DNA from: an uncultured Candidatus Saccharimonas sp.
GTDB lineage: Bacteria; Patescibacteriota; Saccharimonadia; Saccharimonadales; Saccharimonadaceae
DNA length: 64,000 nt
Reading direction: 5' to 3'
NCBI GenBank assembly: GCA_963549415.1
Contig: CAUUYC010000004.1
Span: forward strand, 682-64,681
In this document: positions 23,095 through 32,081 of the stretch, piece after piece
Position numbering within the stretch: the first letter of the stretch is position 1
How the letters are laid out: every line of letters begins with the position of its first letter
Notes under the pieces: model-generated
The model's database searches: none
What the model saw: only the letters and a program-made list of their open reading frames with translations
Told to the model about the DNA's origin: nothing
Translations under genes and position numbers: made by a program

Positions 23095-24378
23095 CTATTG
23101 AAATGCCACCAGATATGCTACCAATCCAGCACCAGCACCAAGCATTAGAATTGCAATTATAGCTAGCACAACACCCCAGCCAGATTTCTTTTTATGCTTA
23201 ATAGGTGCAGAATATTCATCACTCGAAAGAATCGGTGCCGACATTTTTGCTCGCCGAAGCTCCTTTGTAATCGTTGCGGATTTTTGCTCATAATTAGAAA
23301 CTGGCTTTTTAAATTCGAAACTTTTAGCCTGATTTTGATTTGTACCTAATGGTCTTTTTTCAATTTGCGGATTTTGCACGAAAGGTGTTTTTGGCTTTTC
23401 AATTTCATCAACAGGCTGAATTATCACCTTTTCCGAAGCTTCATTTTGTTTTGATTTTTCTTCAACTCTTTCATCAACCTCGAAAATATCTATTCTTTTA
23501 TTATTTTCTTTGTTTTGCCCTGATTGATTTTTTTGCTCAGTCTTAACTTCAATCTTTGAAGCTTCGGTTTCAGCTTTGCCATCTATCTCTTTTTTGATTT
23601 TCTCAGAATTATCAAGCGTAATCGTATTGCTGCCAGTTTTTAGGCTTGAAATTTCTGGCATAACTTTTTCTGGCTCATTTTCGAGATTTAGATTTTCGAA
23701 ATTTGAACTATAAACTTTTCGCTCTGGAATTTCAACCGTATGTTCACCGTGAAAAACTCGGAGTTTATTGCTATCATCACCAATCCGATAGACACCAGCA
23801 TAAAACTCTGCCCGACTTGGCGTAGTAGTTTTTTGCTCCGCAATATTAATTTCATTTTTTTGAGATTGAACTTCAGTTTCTTTTTTTACTTGAGTTTTTT
23901 CATTTTTTGAAACAACTTTTTTTCGAATCGGTGAATTTTCAAGCTTTTTGATATTTCGAATCGGTTTTTCGCCACCATATGTTTCTAAAATTGGGCTTTC
24001 GAAAGCAATTTTCTCTTCTCTTACTAAAAGTGAAACACCAAAATTATCGTGGTGATGTTCTGGTGGAACGGGCGCACTAAAATCATCCAAAATTCGAACT
24101 CTTGGTTTTTTATAAACAGATTTTTTCTCATTCTTTGGTTTTTCAGCGACCTTTTCAATATTTCGAATTTGTGCTTTTTCGTTATTTTGATGCAATTGGT
24201 TTGCCGGCTGCGGAGCTTTTCGTGCAAAAACCATTTTTTGTTGCTCACGAGAATGCTCAATCTGGCTTTCGATTTTCGAAAAAACCTCATTATTTTTCTC
24301 TTTTGAATTTGGCACAACACCATTTTCAAGATAACTTCCAACCGCTTTATCTAATTCTTCAAAATCTATATCTCGCAT
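23095..24378 (-). CDS. K/E/Q-rich low-complexity protein with a C-terminal TM anchor, function unknown
   Basis: 427 aa with the C-terminal helix GWGVVLAIIAILMLGAGAGLVAYLVAF. An AAAGGAAAA SD lies 10 nt after the tpiA stop. Confidence 0.7.
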   Translation of the reverse strand: MRDIDFEELDKAVGSYLENGVVPNSKEKNNEVFSKIESQIEHSREQQKMVFARKAPQPANQLHQNNEKAQIRNIEKVAEKPKNEKKSVYKKPRVRILDDFSAPVPPEHHHDNFGVSLLVREEKIAFESPILETYGGEKPIRNIKKLENSPIRKKVVSKNEKTQVKKETEVQSQKNEINIAEQKTTTPSRAEFYAGVYRIGDDSNKLRVFHGEHTVEIPERKVYSSNFENLNLENEPEKVMPEISSLKTGSNTITLDNSEKIKKEIDGKAETEASKIEVKTEQKNQSGQNKENNKRIDIFEVDERVEEKSKQNEASEKVIIQPVDEIEKPKTPFVQNPQIEKRPLGTNQNQAKSFEFKKPVSNYEQKSATITKELRRAKMSAPILSSDEYSAPIKHKKKSGWGVVLAIIAILMLGAGAGLVAYLVAFQ

Positions 24379-24388
24379 ATTTTTCCTT

Positions 24389-25156
24389 TTACTTTTTTAT
24401 TGTTTCAAAAACTTTTTCTGCAATTTTAGCAAATTTTTCAACGCTCAAGCTTGCTCCGCCAATTAGTAAACCATCTATTCCTCTAATATTTGCATAATCC
24501 GTTGCAAATTCTGGCTGGACACTTCCACCATAAACTACTTGAATATTCTCAGCAGTTTTTGCACCATAAAGTTGCTTTATTTGATTTCGAATAACTTTTA
24601 CCGCTTTTCGAATATCATCAGGGTTAGCATTCACGCCAGTTCCGATCGCCCAAACTGGTTCATATGCAATAATCACTTTTGTAATATCTTCACTCGATAC
24701 ATTTGCAAGCCCGCCAATTAGCTGATCGTTTAGAACTAAATCAGTTTCATTATGGTTTCGCTCATCAGATGTTTCACCAATACACAAAATCGGTCGAATA
24801 TCGTTTCGAATCGCTGCAGCAACTTTTGCCCGAATATCTTTATCTGTTTCGTGAAAAATATTTCGCCTTTCAGAATGGCCGACTAACGCATATTGAACAA
24901 TTCCGCGAAGCTGTGAGATTGCTATTTCACCAGTAAAAGCCCCGTGATCTCGCCAGTAAAAATTCTGTGCCGCTAACTTAAACTGCCTATGATTAACTTG
25001 CAAACTTAAAGATTGCAGAGTGAAAGTTGATGGCGCGAGAATAATTTCCATTCCACGATGAACTTGAATTTTATCACTCAATTTATGCAAAAAAATACTC
25101 GATTCCTGCATATTTAAGTTCATTTTCCAGTTGGCGATAACAAGTTTTTTATCCAT
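24389..25156 (-). CDS. tpiA: Triosephosphate isomerase
   Basis: 255 aa with NWKMN, the catalytic VGHSERR and AYEPVWAIGTG. Confidence 0.95.
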   Translation of the reverse strand: MDKKLVIANWKMNLNMQESSIFLHKLSDKIQVHRGMEIILAPSTFTLQSLSLQVNHRQFKLAAQNFYWRDHGAFTGEIAISQLRGIVQYALVGHSERRNIFHETDKDIRAKVAAAIRNDIRPILCIGETSDERNHNETDLVLNDQLIGGLANVSSEDITKVIIAYEPVWAIGTGVNANPDDIRKAVKVIRNQIKQLYGAKTAENIQVVYGGSVQPEFATDYANIRGIDGLLIGGASLSVEKFAKIAEKVFETIKK

Positions 25157-25197
25157 AATACTTTTATTTTATCATTTTATTTTATTTTTGTAAATTC

Positions 25198-26514
25198 TTA
25201 TGCTTTATTTTCTAGAACTTCAAATCCTGGTAAAATTTCACCACTCATCAACTCAAGAGCTGCACCGCCACCAGTTGAAATTAATGAAAAATCTGCATTT
25301 TCTACATTTTGACTCGACCAATCCAAAACGAAAGCTGAAGTGTCGCCACCGCCAACTATTGATTTTGCACCATTTTTTGTAGCTTTCGAAATTGCAGAAC
25401 AAGTTCGAGAAGAGCCTTTTGCAAAATTCTCAAATTCAGCATAGCCAATTGTTCCATTCCAAACTATCATTTTTGCATTTAAAATTTCATTTTCAATTCG
25501 CTGAATCGATTTTTCTCCTAGATCAAGAATAATTTCGTTTTCTAAGACAGCCGTAACAGGTTTTTCAATTCTCTCAACATCTTTTGAAAACTCACTCGCC
25601 ACAGCAACATCTTCTGGCAAAATTATGAAACTTCGCAAACCATTAAACCCAACTTTTCGCTCCGCAAGTTTAAAAATCTGTTCAATAATCTCATTTTGGC
25701 CATCTTCAATTCGACTTTTTCCAACTTCAACATTTAAATATTTTAAAAAAGTGTTCGCCATAGCTCCAGCTACGATAATTTTATCAGCTCGCTCAATAAA
25801 TTTCTCAATTAACGGCAGCTTATCAGATATTTTCGCACCACCCATTACTGCCACAAATGGTCTTTCGGGATCCTTAAAAGCCTGCAAGATTGTCGAGTAT
25901 TCTTTTTCAAGCAACAAACCAGCTACGCTTGGCATTTTTTTGGCAATTTCACTAGTTGAGGTATGCTCACGATGGATAACGCCAAAACCATCTTGCACAA
26001 ATAAGTCCGCACCAGTAACCTGTGCTAACGCTTTCGCAAATTCTGGTAAATTATTTTTTTCAGCCTTCGAAAAACGCAAATTCTCTAACATTTCAATCTT
26101 ATAATCATCATTGGCATCTTTCATTGAAACCGAATACCGTGTTCGCGGAAAAATTGGTGTAGTGTGAAAATTCATCGGAAAATTCAAGCCTTCAGCCTGT
26201 AGAAGCTCACGCAAATTATTAAAAACTGGCCGCAAAGAATATTTTCGAGTTCCATTAGGCAAATGTTCAAGTTCATCCAAATCGGCAATTCCTTCAACCG
26301 ATTTTGGTCGCCCCATATGCGAAATAATAATTATTTTTTTCACCCCTCGTTCAATCAGATTTTTTATTGTTGTTAAACTCGACCGAATTCGATAATTATT
26401 CAAAATCTTCGCCGAGCCGTCTTCTGAGTATTCGATAGGTACATTATAATCTGCACGAAGCAAAATTACCTTTCCTCGCACATCAACGTCATTTATAGTT
26501 TTTTTGTTAAACAT
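25198..26514 (-). CDS. pgk: Phosphoglycerate kinase
   Basis: 438 aa with RADYNVP, a hinge and C-terminal GGGDT motifs. It has insertions relative to typical Pgk proteins of about 395 aa. Confidence 0.94.
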   Translation of the reverse strand: MFNKKTINDVDVRGKVILLRADYNVPIEYSEDGSAKILNNYRIRSSLTTIKNLIERGVKKIIIISHMGRPKSVEGIADLDELEHLPNGTRKYSLRPVFNNLRELLQAEGLNFPMNFHTTPIFPRTRYSVSMKDANDDYKIEMLENLRFSKAEKNNLPEFAKALAQVTGADLFVQDGFGVIHREHTSTSEIAKKMPSVAGLLLEKEYSTILQAFKDPERPFVAVMGGAKISDKLPLIEKFIERADKIIVAGAMANTFLKYLNVEVGKSRIEDGQNEIIEQIFKLAERKVGFNGLRSFIILPEDVAVASEFSKDVERIEKPVTAVLENEIILDLGEKSIQRIENEILNAKMIVWNGTIGYAEFENFAKGSSRTCSAISKATKNGAKSIVGGGDTSAFVLDWSSQNVENADFSLISTGGGAALELMSGEILPGFEVLENKA

Positions 26515-26548
26515 TTTGTTCCTTTTTATTTTGAAAATATTTTACACA

Positions 26549-26577
26549 ATTTTAACATAAACTCATTAATTATTCAA
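26549..26577 (-). promoter_or_regulatory. Promoter TTGAAT-17-TAAAAT for pgk-tpiA
   Basis: Minus strand: -35 at 26572-26577 and -10 at 26549-26554. An AGGAA SD lies 4-5 nt before the ATG. Confidence 0.6.
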
Positions 26578-26687
26578 CTATTTTATTTTATAGGCTATAT
26601 ATTTTATATTACCAAAAAATAGCAAAACTCCGATCCAGCCATATCCAATTCTGTAAAATATATTACACCAATTTAATAATAAAACTA

Positions 26688-26716
26688 TTGACATATTAAT
26701 AATTTTGTGCTATAAT
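26688..26716 (+). promoter_or_regulatory. Orphan consensus promoter TTGACA-17-TGcTATAAT with no annotated gene downstream
   Basis: -35 at 26688-26693 and -10 at 26711-26716. It points into about 160 nt that end at the hairpin 26880-26903. Confidence 0.6.
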
Positions 26717-26874
26717 GATAACATAATCATCAAAAAATAAAAAGTATCAAAATAAAAAATGATTATAGAAAGGAAATATTTTGTTTAAAGTTATTCGAGT
26801 AAACCAATCTGAAGAATCTTATTCAGTGAACGTTCGAACAAGTCGCGAAAAATAATTAAGACTTTCGAAAATCT

Positions 26875-26907
26875 AAAAAATCACCCACTGTCCTTGGGGT
26901 GATTTTT
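26875..26907. terminator. Bidirectional terminator (typA on minus, orphan unit on plus)
   Basis: An A-run, then ATCACCC (26880-26886) pairing with GGGTGAT (26897-26903), then a T-run. Confidence 0.7.
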
Positions 26908-26935
26908 AAATATTTTAATAAATTGTCAAGTGTTG

Positions 26936-28762
26936 TTATTTAGTAGATTTTGCCATTCGTTTGCGCTCATTTGAATCCAAATAGCGTTTTCGAAGTCGCA
27001 AATTTTGCGGCGTAACTTCAAGAAGTTCATCATCTTCAATGAAATCAATACACTGTTCGAGGCTTAAATCTGTATATGGTGTTAATTGAACTGCACCATC
27101 AGAAGATTTTGAGCGCATATTCGTTAGATGCTTCTCTTTCACAACATTAATTTCTAAATCTTCTTGGCGATTATTCAAACCAATAATCATTCCAGCGTAG
27201 ACTTCAGTTCCTGGGCCAATGAATAATTCGCCACGGCTCTCCGCACTTTGAAGCGCATAAGGTGTTGATACTCCTTTTTCGAAAGCGATCAATACGCCAT
27301 TTCGACTTGAAGGGATTTTAGCTCCCATCTCTTGATAACCATATGGTAAGCTATTCATGATAATCGTACCTTTTGTGGCAGTCAGCATTAGATTTCGAAG
27401 ACCAATCATAGCGCGCGTTGTAATAATATAAGTTAAGCGAGTAGCTCCTGTCGGCAGGCTTTCTTGAGCACGCATTTCCGCTCGGCGAGCCCCCATTTCT
27501 TGGCTCACCGCACCAACAAATTCGGGCGCAACTTCAATAATTAATTCTTCAACTGGCTCTTTTTCAATACCATCTTCTTGAATTGTAACCACTTGCGGGC
27601 GACCAACTTCAAACTCAAAGCCCTCACGGCGCAAGGTTTCAATCAAAACAGAAAGGTGGAGTTCACCACGACCTGAAATAATAAAACCAATTCCACTTTC
27701 TTCAACTTGCAGTGAAACATTCGTTTCGAGCTCTTTCTTTAGCCGATCGCCAATTTGGCGTGAAGTTGTAAACTCACCTTCACGGCCTTTCATCGGGCTG
27801 GTGTTTGGGCCAAGATACATCGAAAGGGTTGGCTTTTCAACCTCAATTGTTGGCAAAGCCTCAGGATTATTTATATCTGCCAGAGTTTCACCAATTTCAG
27901 CTTCAGAGACACCCGTAATCGCCACGATATCTCCAGCAAAGGCTTCTTGAATTTCCTCACGGTTCAAACCACGATATGCAAAGAGTTTATCAATTTTAGC
28001 CTTTTTAACCGTGCCGTCTCGCTTAATTAACGCAATTTGTTCGCCAGATTTCACTTTTCCGCGAGAAATTCGCCCAATCGCATATTTTCCTAAGAAATTA
28101 TCATAAGTCAAAGAAGTTACGAGCAATTGAAAACCACCTTCAAGTTCAACTTTTGGCGCAGGAATTTCGTTGATAATCGCATCAAAAATCGGCTCAAAAT
28201 TTGCATATGCCTCAGGATTTTCTGGCACTTCTGGCCAAGCTTTGCCATCGCGACCAATTGCATAATAAGTTGGATACAACAATTGATCATCATTCGTAGC
28301 AAGCTCCAAAAATAAGTCTGAAACCTCATCATTCACTTCTGTGATTCGACGAGCTGGTTTATCAATTTTGTTTACCACCACAATTGGCTTTAAGCCAAGT
28401 TCAAGCGCTTTCGAAAGAACAAATTTAGTTTGTGGCATTGGGCCTTCTTGAGCATCCACCACCAAAATTACACCATCCGCCATATTCAGCGTGCGTTCAA
28501 CCTCGCCAGAAAAATCGGCATGCCCCGGAGTATCAATAATATTAATTTTATAATCACCATGATAAATTGATGTCTGCTTTGCGGTAATCGTAATTCCGCG
28601 TTCCGATTCTTGATCGCCAGAGTCCATCAAAAGCGTTTGACTCATTTCAGCCTGATTTTCACGAAAGGTATTACTCTGTTTTAAAAGACCATCCACTAAA
28701 GTGGTTTTTCCGTGGTCAACGTGAGCAATAATCGCTACATTTCGAATATTTTCTGATTTCAT
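26936..28762 (-). CDS. typA: Translational GTPase TypA/BipA
   Basis: 608 aa with G1 [17 protein letters not shown] and NKID, plus the BipA C-terminal domain. Confidence 0.95.
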   Translation of the reverse strand: MKSENIRNVAIIAHVDHGKTTLVDGLLKQSNTFRENQAEMSQTLLMDSGDQESERGITITAKQTSIYHGDYKINIIDTPGHADFSGEVERTLNMADGVILVVDAQEGPMPQTKFVLSKALELGLKPIVVVNKIDKPARRITEVNDEVSDLFLELATNDDQLLYPTYYAIGRDGKAWPEVPENPEAYANFEPIFDAIINEIPAPKVELEGGFQLLVTSLTYDNFLGKYAIGRISRGKVKSGEQIALIKRDGTVKKAKIDKLFAYRGLNREEIQEAFAGDIVAITGVSEAEIGETLADINNPEALPTIEVEKPTLSMYLGPNTSPMKGREGEFTTSRQIGDRLKKELETNVSLQVEESGIGFIISGRGELHLSVLIETLRREGFEFEVGRPQVVTIQEDGIEKEPVEELIIEVAPEFVGAVSQEMGARRAEMRAQESLPTGATRLTYIITTRAMIGLRNLMLTATKGTIIMNSLPYGYQEMGAKIPSSRNGVLIAFEKGVSTPYALQSAESRGELFIGPGTEVYAGMIIGLNNRQEDLEINVVKEKHLTNMRSKSSDGAVQLTPYTDLSLEQCIDFIEDDELLEVTPQNLRLRKRYLDSNERKRMAKSTK

Positions 28763-28834
28763 ATTTTCTCTCTATTAAAAATTATTATAAAACTTTAAAT
28801 ATTCTACCATTTTTTTCGCTAAAAATCAACTAAA

Positions 28835-29284
28835 CTATTTAGAGAAATTACGCCACCAAAGAATTTTATTCGTAATATTAAATAGCCAGTTCACTCGCCG
28901 ATCATAATTTAAAATTATCAAATGCGTGTGCTGATGCTTAACAGTTTTTCGAACATTTTGTGCCGCACGAGCATAAATCGAAAAACCCTGAGCTTCATAT
29001 TTTGATAAAATTTCAAAATACTCTTCTTTTTCTGCTGGCAAAAAATCGCTAATCGTCTCAGTAAATCTCTTCGGAATCAGGAGTAAATGTTTTTCAACTT
29101 CAAAACCATCCCAAATCTGATACGGAAACAGGTTTTCAACCAGCACAAAATGCTCAAATTTTTCTACAACCGAGTCATCACATATCACTCTGTCATAAAA
29201 ATTATAGTCTTCACCCTCGTGTTTTTTATTTTTTGCGTATTTTTCATATTTTTTACCAACCCCGTTAGGCTTTCTTGTGTCCAT
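28835..29284 (-). CDS. HIT (histidine triad) family protein
   Basis: 149 aa with the HxHxHxx motif HQHTHLII near the C-terminus. Confidence 0.65.
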   Translation of the reverse strand: MDTRKPNGVGKKYEKYAKNKKHEGEDYNFYDRVICDDSVVEKFEHFVLVENLFPYQIWDGFEVEKHLLLIPKRFTETISDFLPAEKEEYFEILSKYEAQGFSIYARAAQNVRKTVKHQHTHLIILNYDRRVNWLFNITNKILWWRNFSK

Positions 29285-29373
29285 TCTTTTTTATTTTACC
29301 TTTCGATTATACATATTCATCTAAATAATATTAACATAACTTTAATATTTTTTCAAAAAAATGAAAAAAGTTA

Positions 29374-29402
29374 TTGACTTTACAAAAAGAGTCTGCTAAA
29401 AT
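29374..29402 (+). promoter_or_regulatory. Promoter TTGACT-17-TGcTAAAAT for tRNA-Val
   Basis: -35 at 29374-29379 and -10 at 29397-29402. The tRNA starts at 29414. Confidence 0.65.
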
Positions 29403-29413
29403 AGTAGTTGTTC

Positions 29414-29490
29414 GGGTGATTAGCTCAGTTGGCTAGAGCATCTCGTTTACACCGAGAGGGTCTGGGGTTCGAGTCCCTAATCACCCACCA
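29414..29490 (+). tRNA. tRNA-Val(UAC), CCA encoded
   Basis: Hand-folded: acceptor GGGTGAT/ATCACCC, anticodon loop TTTACAC, T-loop GGTTCGAGTCC. Confidence 0.88.
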
Positions 29491-29504
29491 ATTGAAATTA
29501 TATC

Positions 29505-29540
29505 AAAAAGCTTCAATTCTGGAGCTTTTTTCTTTTTTTT
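29505..29540 (+). terminator. Terminator after tRNA-Val
   Basis: AGCTTC (29509-29514) pairs with GGAGCT (29521-29526), followed by a long T-run. Confidence 0.65.
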
Positions 29541-29556
29541 TCGAAAACTTCACTCA

Positions 29557-29585
29557 TTGACTTTTTAAGCTTTTTATGTTATTAT
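29557..29585 (+). promoter_or_regulatory. Promoter TTGACT-17-TGtTATTAT for the 29651 gene
   Basis: -35 at 29557-29562 and -10 at 29580-29585. An AGAGAGGGG SD precedes the ATG. Confidence 0.6.
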
Positions 29586-29650
29586 ATAAGTATTCTAGTA
29601 CATTTCTATACTGGACTGGAAAATATTTATGAAAGAGAGGGGTTGAAAAA

Positions 29651-30109
29651 ATGATCAACCTTCTTGTAAATTTTATACTGTTTATTTTGAGTATGTTGAA
29701 TGCTGTTACTTTTGGCATTCTTGATAATATTGGAGTTGTTTATTCAATTCTGATTTTCGCAACACTAATAGTTTTTGTAAAACTTGACTCAAAAATTCAA
29801 ATCTGCGATTTTTGGCGGAGTTCTGGATTTTTCATTAAAACTCTCATTTTCATTGGGGTTCTATTCAACACACTTCCCCAATGGTATTTCTGGGTTGCGG
29901 GTGTGATTTTGGTCGTTTTGGCATATTCCTTAACGACCAACCCTGATGATGATGAAGAAGATGAAGAGCCATCGATTTTGGCAAGAATTCATGATATCCT
30001 AATGGGAGAATATCGTAAAAGTGATTTTAAAGCGAAGGCTTCAAGTGCAATCCAAAAAACGAAAAATAAAGCAGGCGCAAAACCTAGAAAAAAATTGCCT
30101 CCAGTATGA
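29651..30109 (+). CDS. Small polytopic membrane protein with an acidic/basic C-terminal tail
   Basis: 152 aa with 3-4 hydrophobic helices followed by a DDDEEDEE stretch and a K-rich tail. Confidence 0.7.
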   Translation: MINLLVNFILFILSMLNAVTFGILDNIGVVYSILIFATLIVFVKLDSKIQICDFWRSSGFFIKTLIFIGVLFNTLPQWYFWVAGVILVVLAYSLTTNPDDDEEDEEPSILARIHDILMGEYRKSDFKAKASSAIQKTKNKAGAKPRKKLPPV

Positions 30110-30114
30110 CACAC

Positions 30115-30143
30115 AATCGCCTTTGAAATGAGGCGATTTTTCT
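30115..30143 (+). terminator. Rho-independent terminator
   Basis: AATCGCCT (30115-30122) pairs with AGGCGATT (30131-30138), then TTTTCTTT. Confidence 0.7.
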
Positions 30144-30200
30144 TTATTTCTTCGAAAAAGTTAAAGTGCTTGCGTTTATTTAATATATATTATATACTTA

Positions 30201-30229
30201 TTGACTTTTTAATACTTTTGTGCTATAAT
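30201..30229 (+). promoter_or_regulatory. Consensus promoter TTGACT-17-TGcTATAAT for the Pro-rich surface protein gene
   Basis: -35 at 30201-30206 and -10 at 30224-30229. A structured leader of about 140 nt follows. Confidence 0.65.
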
Positions 30230-30376
30230 TCTAGCAGTTGACATATCATAATCAGCAGATCTGTCAATGAAGCTTAACAAGAATTAGGTTATTATGAGGT
30301 ATTAATCGTGCCTCAATAGTCATTATTTATTTTGGCCAAAATAAATAAAATCTATATAGAAAGGATGGTACAAAAA

Positions 30377-31855
30377 ATGATGACTATAACTGAAAAAATT
30401 AATAAAGCTCTAGAACAATTAAAGAAACTGGCTTCCGCTAAGGAAGGCGGGGAGATGTGGTTCAAAGAAGTACGCAAAATTGCGGCTAGCAAACCTACAG
30501 ACGAAGAAAAGCTCACTTATCTTGAAGGTAAACTTCAAGAGCTGCGTAACATCTCTGAAGACGAAGCTGATAATGGAGATGCTAGTGCTAAAGCAAAGCT
30601 AAATATTTGGCTAAAAATAGCTATAGGTGCACTATTTCTATTTATAATTGGCACAATGGCTTGGTTTTTACTTTTAGCACCAAAAAGTGCCAGTGCTACA
30701 AATAGTAGCACAACTGCTGTTTCTTCTACAATCTCAAAATCTATAGATCTTCCAAAAGAAGATTTTAAGATTATGGACTATGTGGTTTCAGGAGGCGAGA
30801 TTAAGCCAAACCCTGAAATGAAGAACGATCAGTATAAGATAATCGCGAATAACTCTTCAAAGAACTCTCTTTCAAACGATAAAGATATTGCGCTAAAAGA
30901 GATGACCGACTATATGGCTCATAATGTCTCAGCTTTGAAAGAGAAAGCGATGACATTCAATATTGTCGATCAAAATTTCGATGAAAAGAAATGGCTAGAA
31001 AAGAGAAATGGCTCTCTTTATTACAATAAAGAAGGCCAAGATGTCTTCTATCAGGTGAAGGCGTTTCTAAATAGAAGTAAAATCACTTCGAAAGTTATGG
31101 AAGAAGGTAGTAACTATTATACTACCGGGCTAAACAAAGACAATAAAGTCGTTGTTAGTCAAAGTTCTCAAGATCTTTCTGGACAAAGATATTTGGAAGT
31201 TAAGAATCCTGAAGGTTCAACAGAAAAATATCGATACATTATTTTATGTTACTGCGGGAATACTGTTATGAAAAATAACAATATCCCAGGTGTACCGAAA
31301 GAAAAAATTAAAATTCCTAAACCGAAGAAGCCAAACGAGCCAGACAAACCTGGTAAGCCAAGTGAACCAGGAAAACCTGGTAAACCTGGCAAGCCAAGTG
31401 AACCTTCAAAACCAAGCGAGCCTTCAAAACCTTCAGTAAAGGATCCAAGTAAGGATCCAGCTAACCAAGGTAAAGCTTTGGTTGGCGGAGGCCAAAACGA
31501 TGGATCTTCAAATGGCGCAGAAACTTCTCAAGCAAAATTGCCTGAAAGTTACTCTGCTCCAGCTGCTCCAGTTGTTCCATCTACACCGGCACAAAGCTCA
31601 ACTGCACCATCACAAGATGCTCGTGTAAGTGAGCCATCTCAATGGTCTGGCGCTGGCAATGTCACAGATTCCAATGGCACTACAACAGTGACCAATGATG
31701 GGTCTGTGACCACCCCAGATGGTCGTCATTACGATGGTCTGGTGGGTCAATCTGCTCCTTCAGTTGAAGCTGGAGGTAACGGAGTTACAACTCCAAGCAG
31801 TTCGGCAAACTTTGCAGGCAATAGCTCAATGAGCGAACCCACGATTGATGACTAG
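30377..31855 (+). CDS. Membrane-anchored surface protein with a Pro-rich (K/E-P-G/S-K-P) tandem repeat and an S/T/A/G-rich tail
   Basis: The ORF is open from TTG 30332. The likely start is ATG 30377 (or 30365), after GAAAGGA. One TM lies near residue 100, and there is a KPGKPSEPGKPGKPGKPSEPSKPSEPSKPS block. Confidence 0.8.
   Translation: MMTITEKINKALEQLKKLASAKEGGEMWFKEVRKIAASKPTDEEKLTYLEGKLQELRNISEDEADNGDASAKAKLNIWLKIAIGALFLFIIGTMAWFLLLAPKSASATNSSTTAVSSTISKSIDLPKEDFKIMDYVVSGGEIKPNPEMKNDQYKIIANNSSKNSLSNDKDIALKEMTDYMAHNVSALKEKAMTFNIVDQNFDEKKWLEKRNGSLYYNKEGQDVFYQVKAFLNRSKITSKVMEEGSNYYTTGLNKDNKVVVSQSSQDLSGQRYLEVKNPEGSTEKYRYIILCYCGNTVMKNNNIPGVPKEKIKIPKPKKPNEPDKPGKPSEPGKPGKPGKPSEPSKPSEPSKPSVKDPSKDPANQGKALVGGGQNDGSSNGAETSQAKLPESYSAPAAPVVPSTPAQSSTAPSQDARVSEPSQWSGAGNVTDSNGTTTVTNDGSVTTPDGRHYDGLVGQSAPSVEAGGNGVTTPSSSANFAGNSSMSEPTIDD
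31318..31465 (+). repeat. In-frame short tandem repeats encoding the proline-rich spacer
   Basis: Reiterated AAACCTGG/AAGCCAAGTGAACC units are visible at 31350-31430. Confidence 0.7.
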
Positions 31856-32016
31856 CAGCTTTGGTTTCAGCGATTAGCACCTTTTTTCGAAAAGTTAAAA
31901 TCTTTCGAAACTCACGCTGGGCGGTTTTCCGCCGCCTGGCTTTACATTGATACTTCTTAATAACCCAATTCTATGTTAAGTTTTAACAATTCGGCTAAAG
32001 CGAAGAAAACAAAATA

Positions 32017-32045
32017 TTGACAAACAGAATTATGATGATATTAAT
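32017..32045 (+). promoter_or_regulatory. Promoter TTGACA-16/17-TGaTATTAA(T) for the LPXTG protein gene
   Basis: -35 at 32017-32022 and -10 near 32039-32045. Confidence 0.5.
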
Positions 32046-32081
32046 AATAAATTCTAATAAGTGGAGATTAGAAGGGAGAAA

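Noticed and set aside
30238-30243. Second TTGACA hexamer downstream of the 30201 promoter, considered as an additional promoter
   Set aside because: There is no acceptable -10 box at 16-18 nt spacing (CTGTCA). It more likely forms one arm of an inverted repeat in the leader (TTGACA ... TGTCAA).
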